Virus record (IMG/VR): IMGVR_UViG_3300025655_000024
Span: 1 to 64,000 of that record
DNA: 64,000 nucleotides
Source: a virus
Strand: one strand, 5' to 3'
Position 1 is the first letter of the stretch. Every line of letters begins with the position of its first letter. Positions 36,388 through 46,020 of the stretch are shown here, in pieces. The notes under the pieces were generated by a model that worked only from the letters and a program-made list of their open reading frames with translations, had not been told where the DNA came from and ran no database searches. Both the position numbers and the translations under genes were made by a program.

Positions 36388-39036
36388 TCACACCCCATAC
36401 CTGTCCTCAAACCACTGCACAACATCGTCATGCTCGGAGGTGCTTAGGTGCTTTGGATAGATAAGCACTTCATGGACAATGAAGCCGTTTTGAGCCATAT
36501 TGTCAATGGCGTTTGTTCCCGCACCGCTTGAAGTCATTTCACCAAACAATTCAATCCCACCCGTTTGTGCGGTAGTGTCATCAAAAATGATAGCGGGCGT
36601 TGGATTCCAATAGGCATTGGATGTGTCGCTTGAAGCACCACGATTTGACCGCACAAGCATATCAATCGTCAATGATGCTGATTGCTTTGTCCTAACGGCA
36701 ACCAAAACAGGTGTTCCTGCGGTTGGCGACGAACCATGAGTGACGAGAGGTGCAGTGTCGCTTTCGGCGGTCATTTGTGATGAACCATTGTTCAAGCGGA
36801 TAACAAGTCCGTCATTTGATTCGGAATGAATCAAGCCCAACGGGTCACTTCCGTATGCCGATGGTGTCACTACAAAATAGAATGAATGGTCGCCATTAGT
36901 CATGCTTGGCCCTCCTGAATAGAGAACACTTGGATGATCAGCACCAATCGCTTTTGAGGTGATTGATGCGTGATGGTTGATTCTTGAAGTCCCCGTGTTT
37001 CCAAAACCGTTCACCCACGATGACCCCTTGTAATATGTCACGCCTGTTGGATAGTCGGGGATAATAACACCCGATTGGATGGTTGGCGTTCCACCCGGCC
37101 ACATATACGGGCCACTTGGGTTTTGAACGACTTCGGTGATGCTCACAGCGACCAAGCCTGAACGGTTGTTCGCACTCCCGCAATTCTCTTTCCAACGCCA
37201 CCCGTTGCCCCACGAATAAAAGTGATAATTCGTTCCTGCACTCGTGGTTGGGCCACCTCGTGCTTTGTTTTTCCACCAAAATACAAATTCATCGTTGGTG
37301 ACAACAGCCGTTGCGTCATCACGCAACAATTGGCTTTTGTCATTGGCATCAAGCCAAACCAACAAATCGTTGCCGTGGGGCGGTTCAATGTCAGCCTGTG
37401 TCCCCGAAACCGTATGCAATTTGTTTTTCATTTCATCAGTCAAACGAGCCTTGCGTGAAATCCAATAGGCATCGTTGCCCAAACCTGTGCGGTCTGTAAA
37501 GCGTTGATTTTGGCTAAATCGCGCACGAGTCATTTGTCCTTTGGGTCGGCTTCCCTGTTTGCCGGGATCAACCACCAAATCACCGTTGCCGAGTGTGAAC
37601 CAAACAGGCGTATTGTCCGAATGCTCAAACAAAAATCCCTGTGTGGTTGGTTCAGCCGTATCACCCGACAGCATGGTGGATTGCACTACAACACAAGGGG
37701 GTCGGCCCAACGAATTGTTGCCCTGAAAGTCAATAGCAACGATACGCACACGCTCAATTGGATTTGCCATCGGGTCAAGGTTAATTCCGCCTTCGGGTGA
37801 ATAAGGGGCGGTATCACTCTCACGATAATACGAGAATGGCGAAACACTCCCACCCGTCACAGGATTCGTGCCTGACGCATTGACGATGGCGTTGAGGTTT
37901 GATACGGGGATGCCATCGGAGTGATAGGTGGCGTTGGTGATGGTTGATGAAATGTCCAACAGCCCACTATCCCACCATGATTGAAACGGCAATTCATTGA
38001 TTGGGACAGAAAGAATGTGCGATGCGAGCATTTCCAAAGCCGTAGCCCTGTCCTCAACGCCCGCAATAACGCTGTCAGGGAAGTCACGGATGCGAAAATA
38101 TCCGTATTTGTAGCCACTCGCCAAGTTAAGCGGATGCCCACTCGCTGTGGTGACAGCACCACCCGGATCAATGTTCGTAAAATCGTAGCCAATGCACACC
38201 ATCGGTATGGGCATCAATCCATCTGTGTGTTTGCCCACACCGTCTTTACCTTGATGCGGATGGGCGGGGTTCTTGTTGTTGAAGAAATACAATTGTGGTA
38301 TGTCATCCTCATCCTCAAAATCCCAAAGCCCCACCGTGTCGGGCGTTGCTGTCAAGGGCTTCACGATTGGGTCAATTGCACCCCTGCTTATTCGCACGCT
38401 TTCAATAACCCCCCGATATTCGCCTCCTTCACCACCAATGAACAAGTCGGATGAACCTGTTTTGATGAGCCGTTCATCACCACCAAAGTCCTGTTCGGCA
38501 GCGAGGTTGCCGTTGATGAAAATTGACATTTTCTTTGAGGTGAATTGAGCATTGACATAAATCAATTCACGAGAGGGCAGTGCTAAATCGTGGGGCTTTG
38601 ATTGCCCATCGGTATATGTCCCCCACGATACCTGTTCTGTTGGGACATTGAAATCGGTGCTGAGTCTTTCGCTCGTTGTCCGTGTTTCAACATCAAACAC
38701 CACAGGTGCGGGTTGAAATGGCTCGCCCACCTTGAGTGTGAATGCGTTTGGTTTGTGAACAATCACCCCACCGTGATCGGGAATAACGAATGCCTCAATG
38801 GTGAATGCACCGATGAGGTTGTTGAGTCCGTTGTTTTCCATTGGGAAGTGCCGTCTGCCTATTTTCGGCTCATCGCTTTCATAGACCGACACTTTGTTGG
38901 TTGCCCCTGTCTTTTCACTATGGCTGTTTGGGAATAAATCAACACCGCTTTCACGGAATGCACCCGTAGGCACAACCATCCCATCGGTATAGCCATTTAG
39001 CCTCACGGCTTTTGAATAGACCTTGTGGAGAGGCAT
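36388..39036 (-). CDS. Tail protein with two LamG/lectin-like domains
   Basis: FTIEAFV...FING...LFIGG..GEYRGVIESVRIS; second domain LVWLDA...HEVLIY; start MPLHKV at 39036, next to the upstream stop. Confidence 0.75.
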   Translation of the reverse strand: MPLHKVYSKAVRLNGYTDGMVVPTGAFRESGVDLFPNSHSEKTGATNKVSVYESDEPKIGRRHFPMENNGLNNLIGAFTIEAFVIPDHGGVIVHKPNAFTLKVGEPFQPAPVVFDVETRTTSERLSTDFNVPTEQVSWGTYTDGQSKPHDLALPSRELIYVNAQFTSKKMSIFINGNLAAEQDFGGDERLIKTGSSDLFIGGEGGEYRGVIESVRISRGAIDPIVKPLTATPDTVGLWDFEDEDDIPQLYFFNNKNPAHPHQGKDGVGKHTDGLMPIPMVCIGYDFTNIDPGGAVTTASGHPLNLASGYKYGYFRIRDFPDSVIAGVEDRATALEMLASHILSVPINELPFQSWWDSGLLDISSTITNATYHSDGIPVSNLNAIVNASGTNPVTGGSVSPFSYYRESDTAPYSPEGGINLDPMANPIERVRIVAIDFQGNNSLGRPPCVVVQSTMLSGDTAEPTTQGFLFEHSDNTPVWFTLGNGDLVVDPGKQGSRPKGQMTRARFSQNQRFTDRTGLGNDAYWISRKARLTDEMKNKLHTVSGTQADIEPPHGNDLLVWLDANDKSQLLRDDATAVVTNDEFVFWWKNKARGGPTTSAGTNYHFYSWGNGWRWKENCGSANNRSGLVAVSITEVVQNPSGPYMWPGGTPTIQSGVIIPDYPTGVTYYKGSSWVNGFGNTGTSRINHHASITSKAIGADHPSVLYSGGPSMTNGDHSFYFVVTPSAYGSDPLGLIHSESNDGLVIRLNNGSSQMTAESDTAPLVTHGSSPTAGTPVLVAVRTKQSASLTIDMLVRSNRGASSDTSNAYWNPTPAIIFDDTTAQTGGIELFGEMTSSGAGTNAIDNMAQNGFIVHEVLIYPKHLSTSEHDDVVQWFEDRYGV

Positions 39037-39037
39037 A

Positions 39038-40300
39038 TCAAATCCCCAACAATTGTTCCGCTGCCGCAAATTCCAAGTCGTAATTCCAAACAGAATCGCC
39101 CGCTTCGTAGGTTGCCGTGAATTTTTGAACGACACCGCTGATGGCGACACCTTGACGAAGATACGGGTTGGGGCGAACAATTTCCCCTGAAATGTTATCA
39201 ACGGGGTCAAATGCACCCGTGTTTTTGACAGCCGAGAAGTCTGTTCCCGGCCCTGTCGGAATGACGAATTGACGCAATTCTCGTATATCCAAATTGGATG
39301 AAATCAGCGATTCGTATGGGATTCGCAAACCAACAATGTATTTCTTCACGGACTCCGCTTGATCAATGCGAAGCAATTTGCCCACATCAAACGAAGCGAG
39401 CGAATCAGGCATTTCAATCAAATCACCTGTAAATGACTGTGGGTTGATAAGGCCACCACCCGCTGATGCGTTCACGGTCATGTTGAGCAAATCCTGCACC
39501 TTGTCACCCCGTGTCATGCGAACACCCGACACCCCATTAACAAACGAGGCGGATGAGAAGAAAGAGTGCGACCAATCAGCGTTCCCACTAACGACCAAAT
39601 CACCCTGTTTCGTCAATGGCGTATTGCCGTCAGCACTCTTGATAATGTTGGTTAATGTCACCTTTTCCCCTGTCAAAGTGCCGACCCCTTGATGTGAACC
39701 ACTGTTCACCTTATCGCCCGCACTTTGTGATATGGTGAAAATATCCGTGATGGCGGTTGTCACCGTATTGACTTTGACTGATGCACCGTTTAGTGCTGTG
39801 ACAATCGCATCAGCGATTTCTTCTGTGTTGGCGAGGCTCGCAGGAACATAAACCGGGATGATGCTTTTCGTGGCAACCGTAGCCGAAGGCACACCCGTTT
39901 GATAAAACCGCAGGGTGATGTTCTCTCCCAAGGCAGCCGTCACTTGACCTGACGATTTGAAAACGAATTCTTTGCCATGCAACGCATCTGTGATGGCATT
40001 CATTGTGCTTCTTCCTTGAGCCTGTTGTTGCTTGAACCAAGAGTCGTAAAGCCCTGTGGCTCGTGATAAATCAAGGACAGCCGTAGCACCAACCGCACTT
40101 GATGCCACATTATCATCGGTGAGAATGCCTTTGATGCCAATGCTGAATCGGTTGTCATTCATGTCAAACGCTGCACGCACACCTGCAATCGGAATGGGCC
40201 ACACTTGAACACCACGAAGCACATCAAAGGCAACGGAGGTGGCTTCTAATTCAATGATTTTACCGTCACGCCTAATCAATTGAATCATTGGCATAATCAA
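39038..40300 (-). CDS. Probable distal tail/hub protein
   Basis: Directly after tape measure; ends GVVQKFTATYEAGDSVWNYDLEF. Confidence 0.55.
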   Translation of the reverse strand: MIMPMIQLIRRDGKIIELEATSVAFDVLRGVQVWPIPIAGVRAAFDMNDNRFSIGIKGILTDDNVASSAVGATAVLDLSRATGLYDSWFKQQQAQGRSTMNAITDALHGKEFVFKSSGQVTAALGENITLRFYQTGVPSATVATKSIIPVYVPASLANTEEIADAIVTALNGASVKVNTVTTAITDIFTISQSAGDKVNSGSHQGVGTLTGEKVTLTNIIKSADGNTPLTKQGDLVVSGNADWSHSFFSSASFVNGVSGVRMTRGDKVQDLLNMTVNASAGGGLINPQSFTGDLIEMPDSLASFDVGKLLRIDQAESVKKYIVGLRIPYESLISSNLDIRELRQFVIPTGPGTDFSAVKNTGAFDPVDNISGEIVRPNPYLRQGVAISGVVQKFTATYEAGDSVWNYDLEFAAAEQLLGI

Positions 40301-41874
40301 ACACCCCTGCTAAATCCACCACTACGGCTTCGGCTTCTAAACGCCTTTGATACCTCATCACTTATGGCTCTCGCCAATTTTTGAGGATCGCCACTCGCAC
40401 CATTGACGGTGATATTGACATTGTTCGTGCCTCCACCACCACCCATGCCTTCAATGGTGACAGGGATTGAACGCCCATCAGGGAGAGGCACAACGGCTTC
40501 TGTTCCGTGTAGGGCTACGGGATAGCCTGATGTCGGCCCTTTGACGACACCGCCATCGGAGAAGCCAAGCAAACCGCCAACAGCACCACCGATGCCACTC
40601 GCAACACTGCTGATGCCACCGACCACAACATCAATGGCATCAATGATTGGTTGAAGATAGTCCATGATGGCTTCAACAATGTTTGCGAAATGTCCTTTGA
40701 TGCCTTCCCAAACGCCTTTCCATGTGTCACCTATGGACTTGAAAATTTTCGCTGCGCCATCCAAATCCCCTCGCAAAAGAGCCAATGCAGCACGAATAAC
40801 CTTGATGACGGTGTTCACCACGCCCATGACAACACCAAGAATGATACCCCACCACGAAATCACCATTTTCGCATATGGTGCGATGAAGGGCCATAGCACT
40901 TGGATAATTTTCATCACTACGGCAATAATCACGCCCGTCACAACAATGATGGTTGAAACAATTTCAAACACAAGTGCGATGATGTTTCCTATGAATTCAA
41001 AAATCCCCGAATTCTGCAACCAATCCACCAAGAATTGCCACAAATCACGGATGCTTTGAAAGAAATCGCTGATTGCTGAATCCCCAAATAGTGCGGTGAT
41101 AAAACCCCATAGTGTTCCAAGTGCCGTAAAAATAGATGAAATGCCATCAATGACGGTTTGAATTGCACCTGATTCAGCCAAAGCCGTGTAAAGCGATGTC
41201 ACGAGTGTCACGCTCGTCAATACGCCTTCGGATATGATGGTGAATAGGATGCCCAATGTTGTCATTATCCCGCCAAAAATTTCCTCAGCATTGAAGGGAA
41301 TAGAAACGCTCGTAGTCAGCGTTTCCCATAGAGCCAACAATTCGTCAATGATTTTCTGTCCGTTTTCAAACACAGGTGCAAACAAGCCCCCTCCGCCTTC
41401 ACCACTCAACACACCCTTTAGGACATCAACAGCGGTTTGGATAGCACCAAATACGGTGCTGATGATCGGCATTTCCTCCAACCAAGCACGAAGTGAACCG
41501 CCTCCTTGATCCAACGCAGCGGTAAAGAGCATCATCACCCCAAGAATCGCCATCACCATGCCGACAATGGGAAAAATCGCCATCGTTAAGCCCTTGAATA
41601 ATCCAAGAACCATTGTCAGCGGTATAGCCAAACCCTTGAGGGATTTGGTGAGAATACCTCCCGTTTTCGTTTGTTGCTTAAACGAACCTGTCACGCTATC
41701 CGTCGCCATTTGGACTTTGGTGTAGGTTTTGTAAATCGGCCCTAAAGTCTTGAGAAGCATTTGGTGTTGATTGGGCAAACGGATGATTTGGTCTTGGTAT
41801 TTGTTGAGGGTTTGAATGACATCAAGAAGGGCAGCATCCATGCCCATGATTTGCTTGTTTCCCCCCGCCATCAC
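40297..41874 (-). CDS. Tail tape measure protein
   Basis: Long amphipathic/hydrophobic helices with W/F periodicity; FSDGGVV.GP.SGY...HGTEAVVPL; follows the tail chaperone. Confidence 0.85.
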   Translation of the reverse strand: MMAGGNKQIMGMDAALLDVIQTLNKYQDQIIRLPNQHQMLLKTLGPIYKTYTKVQMATDSVTGSFKQQTKTGGILTKSLKGLAIPLTMVLGLFKGLTMAIFPIVGMVMAILGVMMLFTAALDQGGGSLRAWLEEMPIISTVFGAIQTAVDVLKGVLSGEGGGGLFAPVFENGQKIIDELLALWETLTTSVSIPFNAEEIFGGIMTTLGILFTIISEGVLTSVTLVTSLYTALAESGAIQTVIDGISSIFTALGTLWGFITALFGDSAISDFFQSIRDLWQFLVDWLQNSGIFEFIGNIIALVFEIVSTIIVVTGVIIAVVMKIIQVLWPFIAPYAKMVISWWGIILGVVMGVVNTVIKVIRAALALLRGDLDGAAKIFKSIGDTWKGVWEGIKGHFANIVEAIMDYLQPIIDAIDVVVGGISSVASGIGGAVGGLLGFSDGGVVKGPTSGYPVALHGTEAVVPLPDGRSIPVTIEGMGGGGGTNNVNITVNGASGDPQKLARAISDEVSKAFRSRSRSGGFSRGV

Positions 41875-42206
41875 TTCATCCCCGCATTCATCCGTTCAAA
41901 GAAGTCTATGTCGCTTGTGGTCTTGACAGACCTCCCCTTCGTTTGACCCACAGCGTTCTCACGCTTCAATTTGTCCATTTCTTTTGCCTCTATTTCCTTG
42001 AATGCGACCATCGTGTAATAGTCCAAAATCACACGCTCAGGAGGCAACCCATCCCATTGATGAGGCGAGCAATTGAAGAAGCGACCCAAAAAGAAAACGG
42101 GCATTTGGTTAATCAACACAGGCAATTTGTGCTGAGATACAGGGATTTCACCCTCTCCGTTCCATGTTGTAAAGGCACGAACATCGTCAAGGGTTATTCC
42201 AAAGGG
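41871..42206 (-). CDS. Tail assembly chaperone frameshift extension (lambda gpT-like)
   Basis: -1 frame is open from the slippery site at 42206 through ORF 41871-42125. Confidence 0.75.
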   Translation of the reverse strand, partial: PFGITLDDVRAFTTWNGEGEIPVSQHKLPVLINQMPVFFLGRFFNCSPHQWDGLPPERVILDYYTMVAFKEIEAKEMDKLKRENAVGQTKGRSVKTTSDIDFFERMNAGMK

Positions 42207-42556
42207 CCTGATGGGTTGCTCATGCTTTCGGTGAGTGAATCAAACGAAGGCAGGATTTTCGCCAATTCTTGACCGACTTCAGGTCGGATGTTGAGCAATT
42301 GGCTCTTTGACAATTCGGGTTCAGTCCTCTCAATGCAATTCACGAGCAAGAATTTCCAAAAACCACCGAAATCAATGCTTGGCTGAGGCGTGCCATCCTC
42401 GCCCTGCTTCAATGAAACGAATTTAGTGAGAGCGTTTTGCCTGTCAATCCACGACAGATCCTTAACCCATACGGTCATTTCACCGAATGGGGTGTCAATC
42501 GTGTGTTCTGTTGCGTCTGTTGATGCGACCAAATCATTGGGGTTGGCTTTCTTCAT
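42194..42556 (-). CDS. Tail assembly chaperone (lambda gpG-like)
   Basis: Between tail tube and tape measure; VWVKDLSW; start MKKANP after GGTGA SD. Confidence 0.75.
   Translation of the reverse strand: MKKANPNDLVASTDATEHTIDTPFGEMTVWVKDLSWIDRQNALTKFVSLKQGEDGTPQPSIDFGGFWKFLLVNCIERTEPELSKSQLLNIRPEVGQELAKILPSFDSLTESMSNPSGPLE
42200..42206 (-). other. Programmed -1 ribosomal frameshift slippery site C_CCT_TTG
   Basis: X XXY YYZ heptamer two codons before the chaperone stop; -1 frame is continuous with the next ORF. Confidence 0.75.
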
Positions 42557-42899
42557 CTGTTTCACCTTCACTGACGGCTTCGGCTTCACCGCTATCGTCA
42601 GCCTCAAGGCGAGCGATTAACTCAGCCTTCGTGCCTGTGGTTGAAAGCCCACGCTGACTACAAAGTGTCATCAATTCAGTCTTGTTCATTGACTCGTAGT
42701 CGGTGGGTGTTTCTTCAACAGGTGCGGGCGTGGATAGTGGTTCGGGGACAGGTGGTGCGGGAGGGGTGATATTCACCGTTGCCTCCACATTTGACGGGGA
42801 CAAATTCCCTGCGCTGACAATCACACCATCAGGCATGACAGTCCAATCAAGAGAAGTCTTTCGCCCGTCAATAATCACATACCCTGTTAGCCTTACCAT
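42534..42899 (-). CDS. SAP-domain protein
   Basis: YESMNKTELMTLCSQRGLSTTGTKAELIARL after a Pro/Glu linker; upstream TATA-like ATTATATG at 42924-42931. Confidence 0.8.
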   Translation of the reverse strand: MVRLTGYVIIDGRKTSLDWTVMPDGVIVSAGNLSPSNVEATVNITPPAPPVPEPLSTPAPVEETPTDYESMNKTELMTLCSQRGLSTTGTKAELIARLEADDSGEAEAVSEGETDEESQPQ

Positions 42900-42936
42900 C
42901 TGTATCAACCCTCACATTTGTCGCATATAATCCTTT

Positions 42937-45114
42937 TCACAGAATTGGATATGGATTTGTTTCTTCCACTTTAAGATGTCGCACCGCCAATTCCACATTT
43001 GCTGTGACCGGGCCTTTGTCATCAGGGATGGGCATTTCAGCCTTCAATACCGTGTAGTCCTCAATCGTAATGGTCGCTCTTTGACGGTTGCTTGCCGAAC
43101 CCGGTTTGCTCAACACAATCGTAATGTCGTTGGTGTTCAAGAAGTGCTTTCGCTGTCGCAATTGCTCAAAGAAGCGATTGTCCTCCACCAATGCGTTGAA
43201 TTTGAAGGTGTATTCTCGCTGTGCTTCGGTGATTTCAGTGGCGTAATTGACCGCTGCCTCCGACACTTGATCGGTGGATGCGTATGTGCCGTCTGTTCCA
43301 CGAATGTAATAGCGAGCCGTGTTGGTGTTGTTCACGCTGAATTCCAATTGCGTAGCACGAACCACAGGTGCGCCAAAGGCACTGAAAATAATGTGTTGAA
43401 ACAAATATGGCTTCTCACCGTTCACGGCAATACCCGACACCCTTCGCTTGATATTGGTGTTGGCGGTGTTCTCAAACAGTCGGTGAGGCGTGACAAAGCG
43501 TGACTCCGTGTCGGTGAACATACGAGTGGCTTCGTATTCCCCATTCAATTTGACTTCGCCTTCGGTGTCAGCCGAACAGGTCACGCTGTTCACCTTGCAT
43601 CCTGAGAACACACGCAATAGGTGTTCCGAGCCGGGTGTAGCATCGCTCTTTCGGAATGATTGCTCAATGGCGAAGGTTGGGACACTGCTGTTTCCATAGA
43701 AGGTGTGAGTGATGCCGTATCGCAATTCATTGGTGGTATCAAGGATAGCGGGGCTTCCTCTTCGTGTTGCGCCTTGTGTTGAATCGTAGGTGAAAATGAT
43801 GCGGTCAATTCCACAGGATGTAGCGGTGTGGGTGAGGCAAAATGGTTCTTCAACATATACATATGCACCGTCAATAGCGATGACCCTGCGGATTTCATGC
43901 TTGTTGATGGTGGGCAATTCATCATCAGCACCGGGAATTTGAATGGTGTCTTTGTCCACGATTTGAATGTATTCGCCCACGCTGAATCGCCCTGCAATCG
44001 TTGATCCGACATTCACACGAATGTCACCGTGTGCGATGTCGGCCTCCAATTTAGCGAGAAGATAAACAGCCACGCCCGCTGTTTGAAGGCGGGTTGTAGC
44101 ACCACTTGTAATGTCGGCAACGGTAATGTTTGTTGTTGAAGCACTGCTATATGACCCATAAAGCATAGCCGTTCCATCGGCTGAGAGGGTTTTGAACACG
44201 CCCGAAGTGCCAACATTTTCATGCCCCGCATCATAATTTGCGGCGAGCGTAATCACAGCACCAACATTTGAAGCGGTTTTTGCCCCAAGCAAAAAGTCAC
44301 TGTTTGTTTCAATGTTTGAGCCAAGACCCGTTGCTGTTGTTCCTGACACTTGGGTAATGTCGTCAGCGTTTGCACTGCCGTATTGTTGTCCACGATATGT
44401 GGTTGTTGCGTCTTTGATGTTTAAGGGTGCATCCGTCAAAATAGTGGTGCTTGTGGTTCTGTGAGCCAATTCGCCCCAACCAAGAGCCGTGTGTCCACCA
44501 AGCCCGTAGCGTAGCCAACGCAGGTTGTGGGCGTTTGTGTCAAACGACCCACCTTGAAGCATCTCACGACCACTCGTTAGGATGTTCACATCACGACCCA
44601 TGCCGACAATGTGTTGCTTTCGCACATCCACTTCGGGTTCAGGGAGAGCGAATGAATTGAGCAAACCCAAGAATTGATCTGCCTTAATTCTGTCATCGGG
44701 CGTAGCATAGGTCATTTCAGCATCCATTGTCGGAATGCGTGCCGAATCAATAATGAAATAATCACCCGTGTTTGCGGTGGTGGCGGCGGTGGCGAGTCGT
44801 GGTGAAATGGTGATGGTGGTGTCGGTGTTTGCTGTGATGTAATACGACCTGCGGGTTGAAGCAAAATCATCAGCAGTTAAGGCGTTTGAACCGCCCGATG
44901 AATAAATGCGAAGGGTTGCACCCACAAGCATATTCTTGGGGACTTCTTGATACCAATAGACATTTGACCCAATCGTAATGACACTTGAATTGTCGGTTGA
45001 GCCGTTTGCGGTAGCCCATCCCGTTGAAGCATTGTCGCCTTGTCCAAAGAAACCTGTTTCCTTAGCCATTGACACCTCAACCAAATCACCCTTATACACT
45101 TGATTTACTGCCAT
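42937..45114 (-). CDS. Major tail tube protein with inserted beta domains
   Basis: PEVDVRKQHIVG.GRD, PTFAIEQ, RVFSGCKVNS; located between terminator and chaperone. Confidence 0.75.
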   Translation of the reverse strand: MAVNQVYKGDLVEVSMAKETGFFGQGDNASTGWATANGSTDNSSVITIGSNVYWYQEVPKNMLVGATLRIYSSGGSNALTADDFASTRRSYYITANTDTTITISPRLATAATTANTGDYFIIDSARIPTMDAEMTYATPDDRIKADQFLGLLNSFALPEPEVDVRKQHIVGMGRDVNILTSGREMLQGGSFDTNAHNLRWLRYGLGGHTALGWGELAHRTTSTTILTDAPLNIKDATTTYRGQQYGSANADDITQVSGTTATGLGSNIETNSDFLLGAKTASNVGAVITLAANYDAGHENVGTSGVFKTLSADGTAMLYGSYSSASTTNITVADITSGATTRLQTAGVAVYLLAKLEADIAHGDIRVNVGSTIAGRFSVGEYIQIVDKDTIQIPGADDELPTINKHEIRRVIAIDGAYVYVEEPFCLTHTATSCGIDRIIFTYDSTQGATRRGSPAILDTTNELRYGITHTFYGNSSVPTFAIEQSFRKSDATPGSEHLLRVFSGCKVNSVTCSADTEGEVKLNGEYEATRMFTDTESRFVTPHRLFENTANTNIKRRVSGIAVNGEKPYLFQHIIFSAFGAPVVRATQLEFSVNNTNTARYYIRGTDGTYASTDQVSEAAVNYATEITEAQREYTFKFNALVEDNRFFEQLRQRKHFLNTNDITIVLSKPGSASNRQRATITIEDYTVLKAEMPIPDDKGPVTANVELAVRHLKVEETNPYPIL

Positions 45115-45120
45115 TTTTCA

Positions 45121-45555
45121 TCACGCTACTGTCGGTAAGGCTTGGGCGAAGGTGACGACCTCCGCTTGCATTGTGTAGCGAAACATCCGTTTGCTACGAT
45201 CTGACAAGTCTGTTCTTGTCTTGAAAATGAGTCGGTCAAAATTAACCCCATCGCCTTTGCGATTTGCGTGAAGAATCCTCCGCACTTCTTCACGAAGGGC
45301 TGACAAACGCTCACGGCTTTTCACGGTGCGAATGTCAATGGTGAGGTTAATGTGTTCATTGACAAAATCAAAGAACAATTCAGGTTGGGCTTCGTTGTGA
45401 GCCGTTTCAAAAATACGGATAATGTCGTGGTCTTGAAGGCGTGTCCTTTTGCCTTCGCCAACATCCACATTGGCAATATCCAAAATGGATGGCTTAGGCG
45501 ACACATTCCAATTGCGGTCAAGCAACGAAACCACCGTAGCAATTGCGTCACTCAC
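45121..45555 (-). CDS. Probable tail terminator
   Basis: 144 aa upstream of tail tube; LTIDIRT...EVRRIL. Confidence 0.6.
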   Translation of the reverse strand: MSDAIATVVSLLDRNWNVSPKPSILDIANVDVGEGKRTRLQDHDIIRIFETAHNEAQPELFFDFVNEHINLTIDIRTVKSRERLSALREEVRRILHANRKGDGVNFDRLIFKTRTDLSDRSKRMFRYTMQAEVVTFAQALPTVA

Positions 45556-45820
45556 CCCTCATCGCCTCCGTGAATCGTGCTAAAGCACTCGCCCTATTTG
45601 AAGCGAATGGGTTAGACTCCTTATGCGTTTGCATGATTTTAGCCAAATCCTCATCGGATAACTCAATCCCATCCTCTTGGTATGTCCTTTTTTCATATTC
45701 AACCATGCGTTCAAGGTATGCTTCGCCATTCTCCGCTTCATCCATCAATGCACGCTGCAATTCCTTGCTTGCTTTGTGCATTTGCTGAAACATTTTGATG
45801 ACTCCTTCCAAGCACCTCAC
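45548..45820 (-). CDS. Hypothetical neck-region protein
   Basis: Coupled to flanking genes; helical and acidic. Confidence 0.55.
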   Translation of the reverse strand: MRCLEGVIKMFQQMHKASKELQRALMDEAENGEAYLERMVEYEKRTYQEDGIELSDEDLAKIMQTHKESNPFASNRASALARFTEAMRGE

Positions 45821-46020
45821 TCCTTCATCGCATTCATTCCTGCATCCGTTGCCTTCGCTTTGACATTACAAGTGCCACACAGGTCACGACCCGATGTGTT
45901 GCTCTCAATCCTTCCGTATTTGCCACAGTCAGCACAATGATCAATGATTCTTCCTTTTGGTGTCACTTGTCGTTGTGGTGCTTTTTCAATCATGTTATCA
46001 GCCTCCCATTCCCGCAACAA
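45817..46020 (-). CDS. Small Zn-finger protein (probable start near 45992)
   Basis: CADC...CGTC. Confidence 0.55.
   Translation of the reverse strand: MLREWEADNMIEKAPQRQVTPKGRIIDHCADCGKYGRIESNTSGRDLCGTCNVKAKATDAGMNAMKE

Noticed and set aside
36382-36390. In-frame junction of the two large tail genes (GTG TGA TGA ATG) as possible stop readthrough or recoding
   Set aside because: Two consecutive stops and an SD-like GGGGTG before the ATG favour independent initiation; TGA is a normal stop throughout the window
21717-39036. Diversity-generating retroelement or invertible cassette acting on tail genes
   Set aside because: No reverse transcriptase or recombinase; repeats are short, direct and lack adenine-specific mismatches
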